DNA of 47,664 nt from a virus (IMGVR_UViG_2639762844_000003), one strand, 5' to 3'. Counted from the first letter of the stretch, positions 28,386 through 39,871 are shown. Notes: generated from the letters alone by a model not told the origin. Program-made: numbers and translations.

Positions 28386-28964
28386 ATGAAGGGGCTTGAG
28401 AATGCCATCCGTAATCTGAACAGCCTTGATACCCGTATGGTGCCACAGGCCAGCGCATGGGCGATAAACCGTGTGGCACAGAAAGCGGTCTCGGTCGCCA
28501 CCCGGCAGGTTGCCGGGAATACCGTTGCGGGAGATAACCAGGTGAAAGGGATCCCCCTGAAACTGGTACGTCAGCGTGTCCGGGTGTTTAAAGCCAGTCC
28601 GTCAGGAAAAATGACGGCCAGGATCCGCGTTAACCGGGGCAATCTGCCCGCTATTAAGCTGGGGACAGCCCGGGTCAGACTGGCCCGGCGTGGTGGAAAA
28701 CTGCAGTACCGTGGCAGTGTGCTGAAGGTGGGTAAATATCTTTTCCGGGATGCGTTTATTCAGCAACTGGCGAATGGTCGCTGGCATGTGATGCGGCGTA
28801 TTGATGGCAAAAATCGTTACCCCATTGATGTGGTGAAAGTCCCGCTGTCCGGACCGCTGACACAGGCATTTGAAGATGCCCGCGACCGCATTATTGCTGC
28901 GGAAATGCCGAAACAGCTGGGGTATGCACTGAAACAACAACTGAGGTTATGGCTGACCCGATGA
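28386..28964 (+). CDS. Tail completion protein gpZ
   Basis: 192 aa with IKLGTARV...FIQQLANGRWHVMRRIDGKNRYPIDVVKVPLSGPLTQAF matching recalled lambda Z. Confidence 0.8.
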   Translation: MKGLENAIRNLNSLDTRMVPQASAWAINRVAQKAVSVATRQVAGNTVAGDNQVKGIPLKLVRQRVRVFKASPSGKMTARIRVNRGNLPAIKLGTARVRLARRGGKLQYRGSVLKVGKYLFRDAFIQQLANGRWHVMRRIDGKNRYPIDVVKVPLSGPLTQAFEDARDRIIAAEMPKQLGYALKQQLRLWLTR

Positions 28965-29362
28965 ACCGACATACACAAATCCGCCAGGCCGTACTGGCAC
29001 GCCTTCGGGAACAGTGTGGAGACAGCGCCACGTTTTTTGACGGGCTTCCGGCATTTATTGATGCGCAGGAACTGCCTGCCGTGGCGGTGTGGCTGAGTGA
29101 TGCTCAGTACACCGGAAAAATGACGGATGAAGATGACTGGCAGGCTGTTCTGCATATTGCTGTCTTCATCCGGGCACAGGCACCGGATTCAGAGCTGGAT
29201 ATGTGGATGGAGAGCACCATTTTCCCGGCTCTGAATGATATACCGGCACTTTCCGGACTCATCGACACCCTGATCCCTCTCGGTTTTAACTATCAACGTG
29301 ATAATGAGATGGCCACCTGGGCGATGGCGGAAATCACATACCAGATCACGTACACGAATTAA
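28961..29362 (+). CDS. Tail terminator gpU
   Basis: ..ATFFDGLPAFIDAQELPAVAVWL...PDSELDMWMES.IFPALNDIPALS.. parallels recalled lambda U. Confidence 0.8.
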   Translation: MNRHTQIRQAVLARLREQCGDSATFFDGLPAFIDAQELPAVAVWLSDAQYTGKMTDEDDWQAVLHIAVFIRAQAPDSELDMWMESTIFPALNDIPALSGLIDTLIPLGFNYQRDNEMATWAMAEITYQITYTN

Positions 29363-29373
29363 AGGAGGTGGCA

Positions 29374-30117
29374 ATGACCACACCAAATCCACTGGCAAAA
29401 ACGAAAGGTGCGGGAACGACGTTCTGGATGTACACCGGCAAGGGCGATGCGTTTGCGAACCCTTTATCGGACACTGACTGGCTGCGTCTTGCGATGGTGA
29501 AGGATCTGCAACCTGGCGAAATGACCGCTGATGCAGAAGATGACACTTATCTCGATGATGAAGATGCAGACTGGAAAACGACAACCCAGGGGCAGAAATC
29601 CGTCGGTGATACTTCGGCGACGCTGGCCTGGCGTCCGGGTGACAGCGGGCAGAAAAAACTGGTTCAGTTGTTCGACTCCGGTGAAGTCTGCGCGTTTCGT
29701 ATCAAATATCCCAACGGCACTGTTGATGTTTTCCGTGGCTGGCTGAGCTCACTGGGTAAAACCATTGCCTCAAAAGACGTGATGACCCGCACAGTGAAAA
29801 TCAGCGGTGTGGGGCGTCCGCATCTGGCAGAGGAAGGCACTGAAACAGTGAGCGTTACCGGGCTGACGGTGGCACCGGCATCTGCCAGTGTAAAAGTGGG
29901 AGCAACCACCACGCTGACCTTTACAGTAAAACCTGACGGAGCCAGTGACAAAGCGATCAGTGTGCATTCGACAGATCCACAGACTGCCACGGTGACCCTG
30001 AACGGGCTTGTGGCCACGGTGAAAGGCGTGAAGCAGGGCAGTGTCAGCATTGTGGGCATGACTTCTGACGGCGATTTTGTGGCCGTGGCTGCGGTGGCTG
30101 TCAGCGCCGCAGGTTAA
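29374..30117 (+). CDS. Major tail protein gpV with C-terminal Ig-like domain
   Basis: AAGGAGG Shine-Dalgarno then ATG; 247 aa; repetitive Ig-like C-terminus (VTGLTVAPASASVKVGATTTLTFTVKP...). Confidence 0.85.
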   Translation: MTTPNPLAKTKGAGTTFWMYTGKGDAFANPLSDTDWLRLAMVKDLQPGEMTADAEDDTYLDDEDADWKTTTQGQKSVGDTSATLAWRPGDSGQKKLVQLFDSGEVCAFRIKYPNGTVDVFRGWLSSLGKTIASKDVMTRTVKISGVGRPHLAEEGTETVSVTGLTVAPASASVKVGATTTLTFTVKPDGASDKAISVHSTDPQTATVTLNGLVATVKGVKQGSVSIVGMTSDGDFVAVAAVAVSAAG

Positions 30118-30137
30118 CAGGACGATACTCATCATTT

Positions 30138-30161
30138 GCCCCGGTTATCCGGGGCTTTTTT
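30138..30161 (+). terminator. Hairpin attenuator between V and G
   Basis: GCCCCGG-TTAT-CCGGGGC plus a T6 run. Confidence 0.55.
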
Positions 30162-30174
30162 GCAGGTGGAGAAC

Positions 30175-30564
30175 ATGATGTTTCTGAAACAGGGCTCGTT
30201 TAATTATGAAAAGCAGTCCGTGGTGCTCAGTGAGCTGTCCGGGCTGCAGAGAATTGAATATCTGGCGTTTGTTCAGCAGCGAACGGCAAAGTTTGATGCC
30301 GAAGAGGGAGAACTGCCGGAGGCTGAACGACAGATTGCTTTTCTGCGGATGGGGATGGATATCAATGCCTGGCTGGTTTCCCGCTCACTGTGGAATGCGG
30401 AACAGTCTCAGGATGTTGAGACGCTTTGCGCATCCGTTATTACAACATGGTCGTATGATGCCCTAGGAGCGGGGGCGGAGATGGTTCTGTCGCTGAGCGG
30501 TATGGGAGCCATTGAGAATGCCGGGGATTTGGAGCATGAGGTGCTGACGCCGGAAAAGTCCTGA
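30175..30564 (+). CDS. Tail assembly chaperone gpG
   Basis: MMFLKQGSFNYEKQSVVLSELSGLQRIEYLAF... parallels lambda G (MFLKTESFEH..VTLSELSALQRIEHLAL). Confidence 0.8.
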   Translation: MMFLKQGSFNYEKQSVVLSELSGLQRIEYLAFVQQRTAKFDAEEGELPEAERQIAFLRMGMDINAWLVSRSLWNAEQSQDVETLCASVITTWSYDALGAGAEMVLSLSGMGAIENAGDLEHEVLTPEKS

Positions 30565-30572
30565 CGCGGGAA

Positions 30573-30902
30573 ATGCAGTTTGTCATGCGGCTTGCCCGGG
30601 AGTTCCGGCGGGCAGACTGGCGGCGGATGCTGTCGGAAATGTCGGCCACTGAGCTTGGTGAATGGGGCGATTATTTCCAGATGCATAGCTTCAGTGATGT
30701 GTGGATGGATGCGCAGTTTGCCTCGCTGAAGGCATTGATCGTGAGAATGGTGTCCGGTAGCAGTGATGCTGCGGTGGCTGATTTCAGCCTTTTACCGGAA
30801 GAGAACGGGATACCGGAGCGAACGGACGAAGAACTGATGCATCTTGGGGAAGGTATTTCCGGAGGTGTGCGTTATGGACCAGATAGCCAACCTGGTCATT
30901 GA
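30573..30902 (+). CDS. gpT segment of the G-T tail assembly fusion (-1 frame relative to G)
   Basis: The -1 frame is open from about 30540 across the G stop; candidate slip site CGGAAAAG at 30551-30558. Confidence 0.6.
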   Translation: MQFVMRLAREFRRADWRRMLSEMSATELGEWGDYFQMHSFSDVWMDAQFASLKALIVRMVSGSSDAAVADFSLLPEENGIPERTDEELMHLGEGISGGVRYGPDSQPGH

Positions 30903-33900
30903 TTTGGGGATTGATGCGGCAGAGTTTAAAAATGAAATTCCCCGTATCAAAAACCTTCTGAATGGTGCAGCCAGCGATGCAGAACGGTCTTCTGCCCGTA
31001 TGCAGCGTTTTATGGAGCGTCAGACTCAGGCCGCCCGGCAGACAATGCAGGCGGCTTCTTCGGCTGCAACAGCCGCATCCGTCCATGCGCAGACGGTGGA
31101 GAAGAGCGCACAGGCTCATGAACGCATGGCCCGCGAGGTGGAGCAAACCCGCCAGCGTATGGAGGCACTGAGCCAGAAAATGCGCGAGGAACAGGCGCAG
31201 GCCATGGCTCTGGCGGAGGCTCAGGATAAAGCGGCTGCCGCGTTTTATCGTCAGATTGACAGTGTGAAACAGGCCAGTGCGGGACTGCAGGAATTACAGC
31301 GTATTCAGCAGCAGATCCGACAGGCCAGAAACAGTGGCGGGATTGGTCAGCAGGATTATCTGGCGCTGATTTCTGAGGTTACGGCGAAAACCGGTGTTCT
31401 TACGCAGGCTGAGGCAGAGGCTACCCGACAGAAAGTGGCGTTTATCCGTCAGCTTAAAGAGCAGGCAACCCGCCAGAATCTTTCTTCTTCTGAGTTGCTT
31501 CGTGCTAAGGCTGCCCAGCTGGGGGTAAGCAGTGCTGCAGAAGTGTATATCCGCAAAATGGAGCAGGCAGGAAAAGCCACGCATTCGCTGGGTCTGAAAA
31601 GTGCAGCGGCCCGCCAGGAGATAGGCGTTCTGATAGGTGAACTGGCTCGCGGCAATTTAGGTGCGCTGAGGGGATCCGGGATAACGCTGGCTAACCGTGC
31701 CGGATGGATAGACACACTGATGTCACCGAAAGGCATGATGCTGGGCGGGGTTATTGGCGGTATTGCCGCGGCCGTCTATGGTCTGGGTAAAGCCTGGTAT
31801 GATGGTCAGAAGGAGGGGGAAGAATTTAACCGCCAGTTGTCGCTGACGGGGCATTATGCCGGAGTCACTGCCGGGCAGCTGTGGACGCTCAGTCGTGCTA
31901 TTTCCGGGAATGGTATTACGCAACATGCTGCAGCCGGTGCGCTGGCTCAGGTGGTGGGGAGTGGTGCATTTCGTGGAAACGATATCGGTATGGTGGCGAG
32001 AGCTGCCGCACAGATGGAGCGATCGGTTGGCCAGTCGGTCAGCGATACCATAAATCAGTTTAAGCGGCTGAAGGATGATCCTGTAAATGCCGCGAAGGCT
32101 CTGGACAATGAGCTGCATTTTCTTACTGCCACTCAGCTTGAGCAGATACGCGTCCTTGGGGAACAGGGGCGGTCCAGTGATGCGGCACGGATAGCCATGT
32201 CTGCACTGGCAGAGGAAACCGGTCGGCGTACTGCGGATATTGATAATAACCTCAATGCGCTGGGCAGTACGCTGAAGTATCTGTCTGATTTATGGAGTCG
32301 TTTCTGGGATGCGGCCATGAATATTGGTCGTGAAGACTCGCTGGATGAACAGATTTCCGCTTTACAGGAGAAAGTGTCGCGGGCGAAAAGACTCCCCTGG
32401 ACGGCATCATCTTCTCAGGTTGAGTACGATCAGCAGCGTCTTAACGAGCTTCAGGAGAAAAAACGCCAGAAGGATTTGCAGGATGCAAAAGAGCAGGCAG
32501 AGCGGAATTATCAGGAGCAACAGAAACGCCGTAATGCTGAAAATGCTGCACTGAACCGGATGAATGAAACGGAAGCAGCACGACATCAGCGTGAAATTGC
32601 GCGTATTAATTCCATGCAGTACGCCGATCAGGCTGTCAGGGATGCGGCGATACAACGTGAAAATGAACGTTACGAGAAAGCCCTGGCATCCGGTAAGAAA
32701 AAAACACGCGACCCCCGTAATGATGAGGCCACCCGGTTATTGCTGCAGTACAGTCAGCAACAGGCACAGGTGGAAGGACAGATTGCTGCTGCCAGACAGT
32801 CAGCAGGCATTGCCACGGAAAGGATGACAGAAGCGCATAAACAGCTTCTGGCTCTGCAGCAGCGCATCAGCGACCTGGACGGGAAAAAACTGACGGCAGA
32901 TGAAAAGAGTGTGCTGGCCCGTAAAGATGAACTGATTCAGGCACTGACGCTGCTGGATGTAAAACAGCAGGAGCTTCAGAAACAGACGGCACTCAACGAG
33001 CTGAAGAAAAAAACAATTCAGCTGACCAGTCAACTGGCTGAAGAAGAGCGCGCTCAGCGTCAGCAACATGACCTGGATATCGCCACTGTGGGTATGGGTG
33101 ATCAGCAGCGGCAGCGATATCAGGTACAACTGAGTCTTCGCCAGAAATACCAGCAACAGCTGGAGCAGTTGAGGCGGGATAGTGAGCAGAAAGGAACATA
33201 TAACACGGATGACTACAGAAAGGCCGAGCAGGCGCTGACGGAGAGCCTGAACCGACAACTGAATGAGAATCGCCGTTACTGGCAACAGCTTGAAGTTGTG
33301 CAGGGTAACTGGAAAAACGGAGTCCTGCGTGCATTTCAGGATTTTACCGTGGATGCAGATAATACGGCAGGAACAGCAGAACAGGTGTTCTCGTCAGCCT
33401 TCAGCAACATGGGAAATGGCCTGGCAACTTTTGTCACTACCGGCAAACTCAATTTCAAATCCTTCACCTCTTCTGTGCTGTCAGATATGGCGAAAATCCT
33501 GGCGCAGGCAACCATGATGAAATCGATAAAAGGGATTGGCAGTGTACTGGGATTTGATCTCAGCAGCCTTTCCCTGAATGCCAATGGGGGGATTTATCAG
33601 TCTGCTGATTTGAGTCGTTACAGTGGCACGGTGGTTAACCGTCCGACGTTTTTTGCTTTTGCAAAAGGCGCGGGTGTGATGGGGGAAGCGGGACCTGAAG
33701 CCATTCTGCCACTGCGTCGTGGTGCTGACGGTAAGCTGGGGGTTGTGGCGGATATTGGTGGTTCAGGTATGGCGATGTTTGCCCCGCAGTACAACATCGA
33801 GATCAATAACGATGGCACGAACGGGCAGATAGGTCCGGCTGCCCTGAAGGTGGTTTATGACCTCGGGAAAAAAGCGGCAGCGGACTTTATGCAACAGCAG

Positions 33901-33939
33901 GCCCGTGATGGTGGTCGGTTAAGTGGAGCATATCGGTAA
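30874..33939 (+). CDS. Tail tape measure protein gpH
   Basis: About 1020 aa, coiled-coil and Q/A/R-rich, GGAGG Shine-Dalgarno; lambda gene order. Confidence 0.9.
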   Translation: MDQIANLVIDLGIDAAEFKNEIPRIKNLLNGAASDAERSSARMQRFMERQTQAARQTMQAASSAATAASVHAQTVEKSAQAHERMAREVEQTRQRMEALSQKMREEQAQAMALAEAQDKAAAAFYRQIDSVKQASAGLQELQRIQQQIRQARNSGGIGQQDYLALISEVTAKTGVLTQAEAEATRQKVAFIRQLKEQATRQNLSSSELLRAKAAQLGVSSAAEVYIRKMEQAGKATHSLGLKSAAARQEIGVLIGELARGNLGALRGSGITLANRAGWIDTLMSPKGMMLGGVIGGIAAAVYGLGKAWYDGQKEGEEFNRQLSLTGHYAGVTAGQLWTLSRAISGNGITQHAAAGALAQVVGSGAFRGNDIGMVARAAAQMERSVGQSVSDTINQFKRLKDDPVNAAKALDNELHFLTATQLEQIRVLGEQGRSSDAARIAMSALAEETGRRTADIDNNLNALGSTLKYLSDLWSRFWDAAMNIGREDSLDEQISALQEKVSRAKRLPWTASSSQVEYDQQRLNELQEKKRQKDLQDAKEQAERNYQEQQKRRNAENAALNRMNETEAARHQREIARINSMQYADQAVRDAAIQRENERYEKALASGKKKTRDPRNDEATRLLLQYSQQQAQVEGQIAAARQSAGIATERMTEAHKQLLALQQRISDLDGKKLTADEKSVLARKDELIQALTLLDVKQQELQKQTALNELKKKTIQLTSQLAEEERAQRQQHDLDIATVGMGDQQRQRYQVQLSLRQKYQQQLEQLRRDSEQKGTYNTDDYRKAEQALTESLNRQLNENRRYWQQLEVVQGNWKNGVLRAFQDFTVDADNTAGTAEQVFSSAFSNMGNGLATFVTTGKLNFKSFTSSVLSDMAKILAQATMMKSIKGIGSVLGFDLSSLSLNANGGIYQSADLSRYSGTVVNRPTFFAFAKGAGVMGEAGPEAILPLRRGADGKLGVVADIGGSGMAMFAPQYNIEINNDGTNGQIGPAALKVVYDLGKKAAADFMQQQARDGGRLSGAYR

Positions 33940-34268
33940 TGGAGACGTTTCACTGGAAAGTGCGCCCGGATATGAATGTGGTATCAGAGCCGAAAGTGGT
34001 GACAGTGAAGCTGGGCGATGGTTATGAACAGCGTCGTGCGGCGGGACTGAATAACCAGTTGTCGATTTACAGCGTGACGATACGTGTTCGTAAATGTGAA
34101 CACCCATCTTTAAAAGCCTTTCTGGAACGGCACGGTGGCGTCCGCGCATTTCAGTGGACGCCACCTTATGACTGGAAGCCGATCAGGGTGGTTTGTCGTA
34201 AATGGTCGGCAAGCGTGGGGGCGCTGTGGATAACCATAACGGCAGATTTTGAACAGGTCGTGGCATAG
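33939..34268 (+). CDS. Minor tail protein gpM
   Basis: 109 aa; position and size as lambda M. Confidence 0.85.
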   Translation: METFHWKVRPDMNVVSEPKVVTVKLGDGYEQRRAAGLNNQLSIYSVTIRVRKCEHPSLKAFLERHGGVRAFQWTPPYDWKPIRVVCRKWSASVGALWITITADFEQVVA

Positions 34269-34277
34269 GAGGCTCTG

Positions 34278-34976
34278 ATGCAGGATATTCCACAGGAAAC
34301 ACATCATGAGACGACACGCCTCACTCAGTCAGCCCAGGTGGTGCTCTGGGAAATCGATCTGACAGAGGTCGGTGGTGAACGTTATTTTTTCTGTAATGAG
34401 CAGAACGAAAAAGGTGAGCCGGTTACCTGGCAGGGGCGGCAGTATCAGGCATACCCCATTCAGGGGACGGGATTTGAACTGAATGGCAAGGGCAGTGCTG
34501 CCCGTCCGACACTGACGGTTTCTAACCTGCACGGCATGGTCACCGGGATGGCGGAAGACCTGCAGAGTCTGGTCGGCGGAACGGTGGTCCGGCGTAAGGT
34601 TTACGCCCGTTTTCTGGATGCGGTGAACTTCGTCAACGGAAACAGTGACGCCGATCCGGAGCAGGAGGTGATCAGCCGCTGGCGCATCGAGCAGTGCAGT
34701 GAACTGAGCGCGGTGAGTGCCTCTTTTGTACTGTCCACGCCGACGGAAACGGACGGTGCCGTTTTTCCGGGACGTATCATGCTGGCCAACACCTGCACCT
34801 GGACCTATCGCGGTGATGAGTGCGGTTATCACGGTCCGGCGGTCGCGGATGAATATGATCAGCCGACGTCCGATATCACGAAGGATAAATGCAGCAAATG
34901 CCTGAGCGGCTGTAAGTTTCGCAATAACGTCGGCAACTTTGGCGGCTTCCTTTCCATTAACAAACTTTCGCAGTGA
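34278..34976 (+). CDS. Minor tail protein gpL
   Basis: 232 aa with C-terminal Cys cluster; GGAGG Shine-Dalgarno. Confidence 0.85.
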   Translation: MQDIPQETHHETTRLTQSAQVVLWEIDLTEVGGERYFFCNEQNEKGEPVTWQGRQYQAYPIQGTGFELNGKGSAARPTLTVSNLHGMVTGMAEDLQSLVGGTVVRRKVYARFLDAVNFVNGNSDADPEQEVISRWRIEQCSELSAVSASFVLSTPTETDGAVFPGRIMLANTCTWTYRGDECGYHGPAVADEYDQPTSDITKDKCSKCLSGCKFRNNVGNFGGFLSINKLSQ

Positions 34977-35725
34977 ATCCCATGACAGAGACAGAATCAG
35001 CGATTCTGGCGCACGCCCGGCGATGTGCGCCAGCGGAGTCGTGCGGCTTCGTGGTGAGAACACCGGAGGGGGAAAGATATTTTCCCTGCGTGAATATATC
35101 CGGTGAGCCGGAGGAGTATTTCCGGATGTCGCCGGAGGACTGGCTGAGTGCAGAAATGCAGGGAGAGATTGTGGCGCTGGTCCACAGCCACCCCGGTGGT
35201 CTGCCCTGGCTGAGTGAGGCCGACCGGCGGCTGCAGGTGCAGAGTGATTTGCCGTGGTGGCTGGTCTGCCGGGGGGCGATTCATAAATTCCGCTGTGTGC
35301 CGCATCTCACCGGGCGGCGCTTTGAGCACGGGGTGACGGACTGTTACACGCTGTTCCGGGACGCTTACCATCTGGCGGGAATTGAGATGCCGGATTTTCA
35401 TCGCGGGGATGACTGGTGGCGTCACGGTCAGAATCTCTATCTGGATAATCTGGAGGCCACAGGGCTGTATCAGGTGCCGTTGTCATCAGCACAACCGGGC
35501 GATGTGCTGCTGTGCTGCTTTGGTTCATCGGTGCCGAATCATGCCGCCATTTACTGTGGTGACGGCGAGCTGCTGCACCATATTCCTGAACAACTGAGCA
35601 AACGAGAGAGGTATACCGACAAATGGCAGCGACGCACACACTCCCTCTGGCGTCACCGGGCATGGCGCGCATCTGCCTTTACGGGGATTTACAACGATTT
35701 GGCCGCCGCATCGATCTGCGTGTGA
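34973..35725 (+). CDS. Tail assembly protein gpK (JAB/MPN and NlpC/P60 motifs)
   Basis: HSHPGG metalloprotease motif and a Cys/His peptidase region; overlaps the gpI start. Confidence 0.8.
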   Translation: MNPMTETESAILAHARRCAPAESCGFVVRTPEGERYFPCVNISGEPEEYFRMSPEDWLSAEMQGEIVALVHSHPGGLPWLSEADRRLQVQSDLPWWLVCRGAIHKFRCVPHLTGRRFEHGVTDCYTLFRDAYHLAGIEMPDFHRGDDWWRHGQNLYLDNLEATGLYQVPLSSAQPGDVLLCCFGSSVPNHAAIYCGDGELLHHIPEQLSKRERYTDKWQRRTHSLWRHRAWRASAFTGIYNDLAAASICV

Positions 35726-36264
35726 AAACGGGGTCCGAAGCCATCCGGGCGCTGGCCATGCAGATCCCGGCATTTCGTCAGAAACTGAGCGACGGCTGGT
35801 ACCAGGTACGCATTGCCGGGCGTGATGCAGGTGAAACCGAATTGTCTGCCCGTCTTAATGAGCCGCTGGAAAATGGTGCCGTGATCCATATCGTGCCGCG
35901 TCTGGCAGGAGCCAAAAGTGGCGGTGTGTTTCAGGCTGTGCTGGGGGCGGCTGTTATGGCGGTTGCTATATGGATGCCGGGGGTAGGAATTATGGCGAGT
36001 AATCTGCTGTTTTCTCTCGGTGCCAGTATGACGCTTGGCGGTGTTGCACAGATGCTGGCCCCTAAACCCAAAACCCCCCGCACACAGACAACGGATAACG
36101 GCAAACAGAATACCTATTTTTCTTCACTGGATAACATGGTTGCCCAGGGCAATGTTCTGCCGGTTCTGTACGGTGAAATGCGCGTGGGGTCACGCGTGGT
36201 TTCTCAGGAGATCAGCACGGCAGACGAAGGGGATGGTGGTCAGGTTGTGGTGATTGGTCGCTGA
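35623..36264 (+). CDS. Tail assembly protein gpI
   Basis: MAATHTLPLASPGMARICLYGDLQRFGRRIDLRV... and C-terminal ..NGKQNTYFSSLDNMVAQGNVLPVLYGEMRVGSRVVSQEISTADEGDGGQVVVIGR as recalled for lambda I. Confidence 0.8.
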   Translation: MAATHTLPLASPGMARICLYGDLQRFGRRIDLRVKTGSEAIRALAMQIPAFRQKLSDGWYQVRIAGRDAGETELSARLNEPLENGAVIHIVPRLAGAKSGGVFQAVLGAAVMAVAIWMPGVGIMASNLLFSLGASMTLGGVAQMLAPKPKTPRTQTTDNGKQNTYFSSLDNMVAQGNVLPVLYGEMRVGSRVVSQEISTADEGDGGQVVVIGR

Positions 36265-36324
36265 TGCAAAATGTTTTATGTGAAACCGCCTCCGGGCGGT
36301 TTTATCGTTTATGGAGCATGACGA

Positions 36325-39300
36325 ATGGGTAAAGGCAGCAGTAAGGGGCATACCCCGCGCGAAGCGAAGGACAACCTGAAGTCCACGCAGCTGCTGAGTG
36401 TGATCGATGCCATCAGCGAAGGGCCGGTTGAAGGTCCGGTGGATGGATTAAAAAGCGTGCTGCTGAACAGTACGCCGGTGCTGGACAGTGAGGGGAATAC
36501 CAATATATCCGGCGTCACGGTGGTGTTCCGGGCCGGTGAGCAGGAGCAGACACCGCCGGAGGGATTTGAATCCTCCGGCTCCGAGACGGTGCTGGGTACG
36601 GAAGTGAAGTACGACACGCCGATTACCCGGACCATCACGTCGGCAAACATCGACCGTCTGCGCTTTACCTTCGGTGTGCAGGCACTGGTGGAAACCACCT
36701 CAAAGGGGGACCGGAATCCGTCGGAAGTTCGCCTGCTGGTTCAGATACAGCGTAATGGTGGCTGGGTGACGGAAAAAGACATCACCATTAAGGGCAAAAC
36801 CACCTCGCAGTATCTGGCCTCGGTGGTGGTGGATAACCTGCCGCCGCGCCCGTTTAATATCCGGATGCGCAGAATGACGCCGGACAGCACCACAGACCAG
36901 CTGCAGAACAAAACGCTCTGGTCGTCATACACCGAAATCATCGATGTGAAACAGTGCTACCCGAACACGGCACTGGTCGGCGTGCAGGTGGACTCGGAAC
37001 AGTTCGGCAGCCAGCAGGTGAGCCGTAATTATCATCTTCGCGGGCGCATTCTGCAGGTGCCGTCGAACTATAACCCGCAGACGCGGCAATACAGCGGTAT
37101 CTGGGACGGAACGTTTAAGCCAGCATACAGCAACAACATGGCCTGGTGTCTGTGGGATATGCTGACCCATCCGCGCTACGGCATGGGGAAGCGTCTCGGT
37201 GCGGCGGATGTGGACAAATGGGCGCTGTATGTCATCGGCCAGAATTGCGACCAGTCGGTGCCGGATGGCTTTGGTGGCACGGAGCCGCGCATCACCTGTA
37301 ATGCCTACCTGACCACACAGCGCAAGGCGTGGGATGTTCTCAGTGATTTCTGCTCGGCGATGCGCTGTATGCCGGTATGGAACGGGCAGACGCTGACGTT
37401 CGTGCAGGACCGACCGTCGGATAAGGTGTGGACCTATAACCGCAGTAATGTGGTGATGCCGGATGATGGCGCGCCGTTCCGCTACAGCTTCAGTGCCCTG
37501 AAGGACCGTCATAATGCCGTTGAGGTGAACTGGATTGACCCGGATAACGGCTGGGAGACGGCGACAGAGCTTGTTGAAGATACGCAGGCCATTCTCCGTT
37601 ACGGTCGTAACGTCACGAAGATGGATGCCTTTGGCTGTACCAGCCGGGGGCAGGCGCACCGCGCCGGGCTGTGGCTGATTAAAACGGAACTACTGGAAAC
37701 GCAGACCGTGGACTTCAGCGTGGGTGCGGAAGGGCTTCGCCATGTGCCGGGCGATGTCATTGAAATCTGCGATGATGACTATGCGGGGATCAGCACCGGC
37801 GGGCGCGTGCTGGCGGTGAACAGCCAGACCCGGACGCTGACGCTCGACCGTGAAATCACGCTGCCATCCTCCGGTACCACGCTGATAAGCCTGGTTGACG
37901 GAAGTGGCAATCCGGTCAGCGTGGAGGTCCAGTCCGTCACCGACGGCGTGAAGGTAAAAGTGAGCCGTGTTCCTGACGGCGTTGCCGGATACAGCGTATG
38001 GGGGCTGAAGCTGCCGACGCTGCGCCAGCGCCTGTTCCGCTGCGTGAGTATCCGTGAGAACGACGACGGCACGTATGCCATCACCGCCGTGCAGCATGTA
38101 CCGGAAAAAGAAGCCATCGTGGATAACGGGGCGCACTTTGACGGCGACCAGAGCGGCACGGTGAATGGTGTCACGCCGCCAGCAGTGCAGCACCTGACTG
38201 CCGAAGTCACCGCAGACAGCGGGGAGTATCAGGTACTGGCCCGCTGGGACACGCCGAAGGTGGTGAAGGGCGTGAGTTTCATGCTTCGCCTGACCGTGGC
38301 AGCGGATGACGGCAGTGAGCGGCTGGTCAGCACGGCCCGGACGACGGAAACCACTTACCGCTTCACACAACTGGCTCTGGGGAACTACAGGCTGACAGTC
38401 CGGGCAGTAAATGCGTGGGGGCAGCAGGGCGATCCGGCGTCGGTATCGTTCCGGATTGCCGCACCGGCAGCGCCGTCGCGGATTGAGCTGACGCCGGGCT
38501 ATTTTCAGATAACCGCCACGCCGCATCTTGCGGTTTATGATCCGACGGTACAGTTTGAGTTCTGGTTCTCGGAAAAGCGGATTGCGGATATCAGGCAGGT
38601 TGAAACCACAGCACGCTATCTTGGCACGGCGCTGTACTGGATAGCCGCCAGTATCAATATCAGGCCGGACCATAATTATTATTTTTACGTTCGCAGTGTG
38701 AACACCGTTGGCAAATCGGCATTCGTGGAGGCTGTTGGTCAGCCGAGTGATGACGCATCCGGCTATCTGGATTTTTTCAAAGGCGAGATAGGGAAAACCC
38801 ATCTGGCTCAGGAGCTGTGGACGCAGATTGATAACGGTCAGCTTGCGCCTGACCTGGCTGAAATCAGGACATCCATTACGGATGTCAGCAATGAAATCAC
38901 ACAGACCGTCAATAAGAAACTGGAAGACCAGAGTGCAGCGATCCAGCAGATACAGAAGGTTCAGGTTGATACAAATAATAATCTGAACAGCATGTGGGCT
39001 GTGAAGCTGCAGCAGATGCAGGACGGACGCCTTTATATCGCGGGTATCGGTGCCGGTATTGAGAACACCCCCGACGGCATGCAGAGTCAGGTGCTGCTGG
39101 CGGCAGACAGGATTGCGATGATTAATCCTGCAAATGGCAACACAAAACCGATGTTTGTTGGTCAGGGTGATCAGATATTCATGAATGAAGTGTTCCTGAA
39201 ATATCTGACGGCTCCCACCATTACCAGCGGCGGTAATCCTCCTGCATTTTCCCTGACACCGGACGGAAAGCTGACCGCTAAAAATGCAGATATCAGTGGC

Positions 39301-39804
39301 AGTGTGAATGCGAACTCCGGGACGCTCAACAACGTTACGATAAATGAGAACTGTCAGATTAAAGGGAAACTGTCAGCCAACCAGATTGAAGGCGATATTG
39401 TCAAAACAGTGGGTAAGGCTTTCCCGCGGGACTCCCGGGCACCGGAGCGGTGGCCATCAGGGACCATTACCGTCAGGATTTATGACGATCAGCCGTTTGA
39501 CCGGCAGATTGTTATTCCGGCGGTGGCATTCAGCGGTGCTAAACATGAGAGAGAGCATACTGATATTTACTCCTCATGCCGCCTGATAGTGAAGAAAAAT
39601 GGTGCTGAAATTTATAACCGTACCGCGCTGGATAATACGCTGATTTACAGTGGTGTTATTGATATGCCTGCTGGTCACGGCCACATGACGCTGGAGTTTT
39701 CGGTGTCAGCATGGCTGGTAAATGACTGGTATCCCACAGCAAGTATCAGCGATTTGCTGGTTGTGGTGATGAAGAAAGCCACCGCAGGCATCAGTATCAG
39801 CTGA
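36325..39804 (+). CDS. Host specificity protein gpJ (central tail fibre)
   Basis: 1159-aa ORF in the lambda J position. Confidence 0.9.
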   Translation: MGKGSSKGHTPREAKDNLKSTQLLSVIDAISEGPVEGPVDGLKSVLLNSTPVLDSEGNTNISGVTVVFRAGEQEQTPPEGFESSGSETVLGTEVKYDTPITRTITSANIDRLRFTFGVQALVETTSKGDRNPSEVRLLVQIQRNGGWVTEKDITIKGKTTSQYLASVVVDNLPPRPFNIRMRRMTPDSTTDQLQNKTLWSSYTEIIDVKQCYPNTALVGVQVDSEQFGSQQVSRNYHLRGRILQVPSNYNPQTRQYSGIWDGTFKPAYSNNMAWCLWDMLTHPRYGMGKRLGAADVDKWALYVIGQNCDQSVPDGFGGTEPRITCNAYLTTQRKAWDVLSDFCSAMRCMPVWNGQTLTFVQDRPSDKVWTYNRSNVVMPDDGAPFRYSFSALKDRHNAVEVNWIDPDNGWETATELVEDTQAILRYGRNVTKMDAFGCTSRGQAHRAGLWLIKTELLETQTVDFSVGAEGLRHVPGDVIEICDDDYAGISTGGRVLAVNSQTRTLTLDREITLPSSGTTLISLVDGSGNPVSVEVQSVTDGVKVKVSRVPDGVAGYSVWGLKLPTLRQRLFRCVSIRENDDGTYAITAVQHVPEKEAIVDNGAHFDGDQSGTVNGVTPPAVQHLTAEVTADSGEYQVLARWDTPKVVKGVSFMLRLTVAADDGSERLVSTARTTETTYRFTQLALGNYRLTVRAVNAWGQQGDPASVSFRIAAPAAPSRIELTPGYFQITATPHLAVYDPTVQFEFWFSEKRIADIRQVETTARYLGTALYWIAASINIRPDHNYYFYVRSVNTVGKSAFVEAVGQPSDDASGYLDFFKGEIGKTHLAQELWTQIDNGQLAPDLAEIRTSITDVSNEITQTVNKKLEDQSAAIQQIQKVQVDTNNNLNSMWAVKLQQMQDGRLYIAGIGAGIENTPDGMQSQVLLAADRIAMINPANGNTKPMFVGQGDQIFMNEVFLKYLTAPTITSGGNPPAFSLTPDGKLTAKNADISGSVNANSGTLNNVTINENCQIKGKLSANQIEGDIVKTVGKAFPRDSRAPERWPSGTITVRIYDDQPFDRQIVIPAVAFSGAKHEREHTDIYSSCRLIVKKNGAEIYNRTALDNTLIYSGVIDMPAGHGHMTLEFSVSAWLVNDWYPTASISDLLVVVMKKATAGISIS

Positions 39805-39823
39805 ATTTTATAACCCATATACG

Positions 39824-39848
39824 GGCGCCAGAAATGGCGCCTTTTTTA
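39824..39848 (+). terminator. Rho-independent terminator after J
   Basis: GGCGCC-AGAAAT-GGCGCC plus a T-run. Confidence 0.7.
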
Positions 39849-39871
39849 TTGCAGAAAAGCGAGAGGTAATT

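Noticed and set aside
30784-39586. Nested and antisense ORFs within the tape measure, K, I and J genes (for example 31294-33584 minus, 36925-38802 minus)
   Set aside because: GC-rich coding sequence keeps alternative frames open; the products are Arg/Pro/His-rich low-complexity strings.
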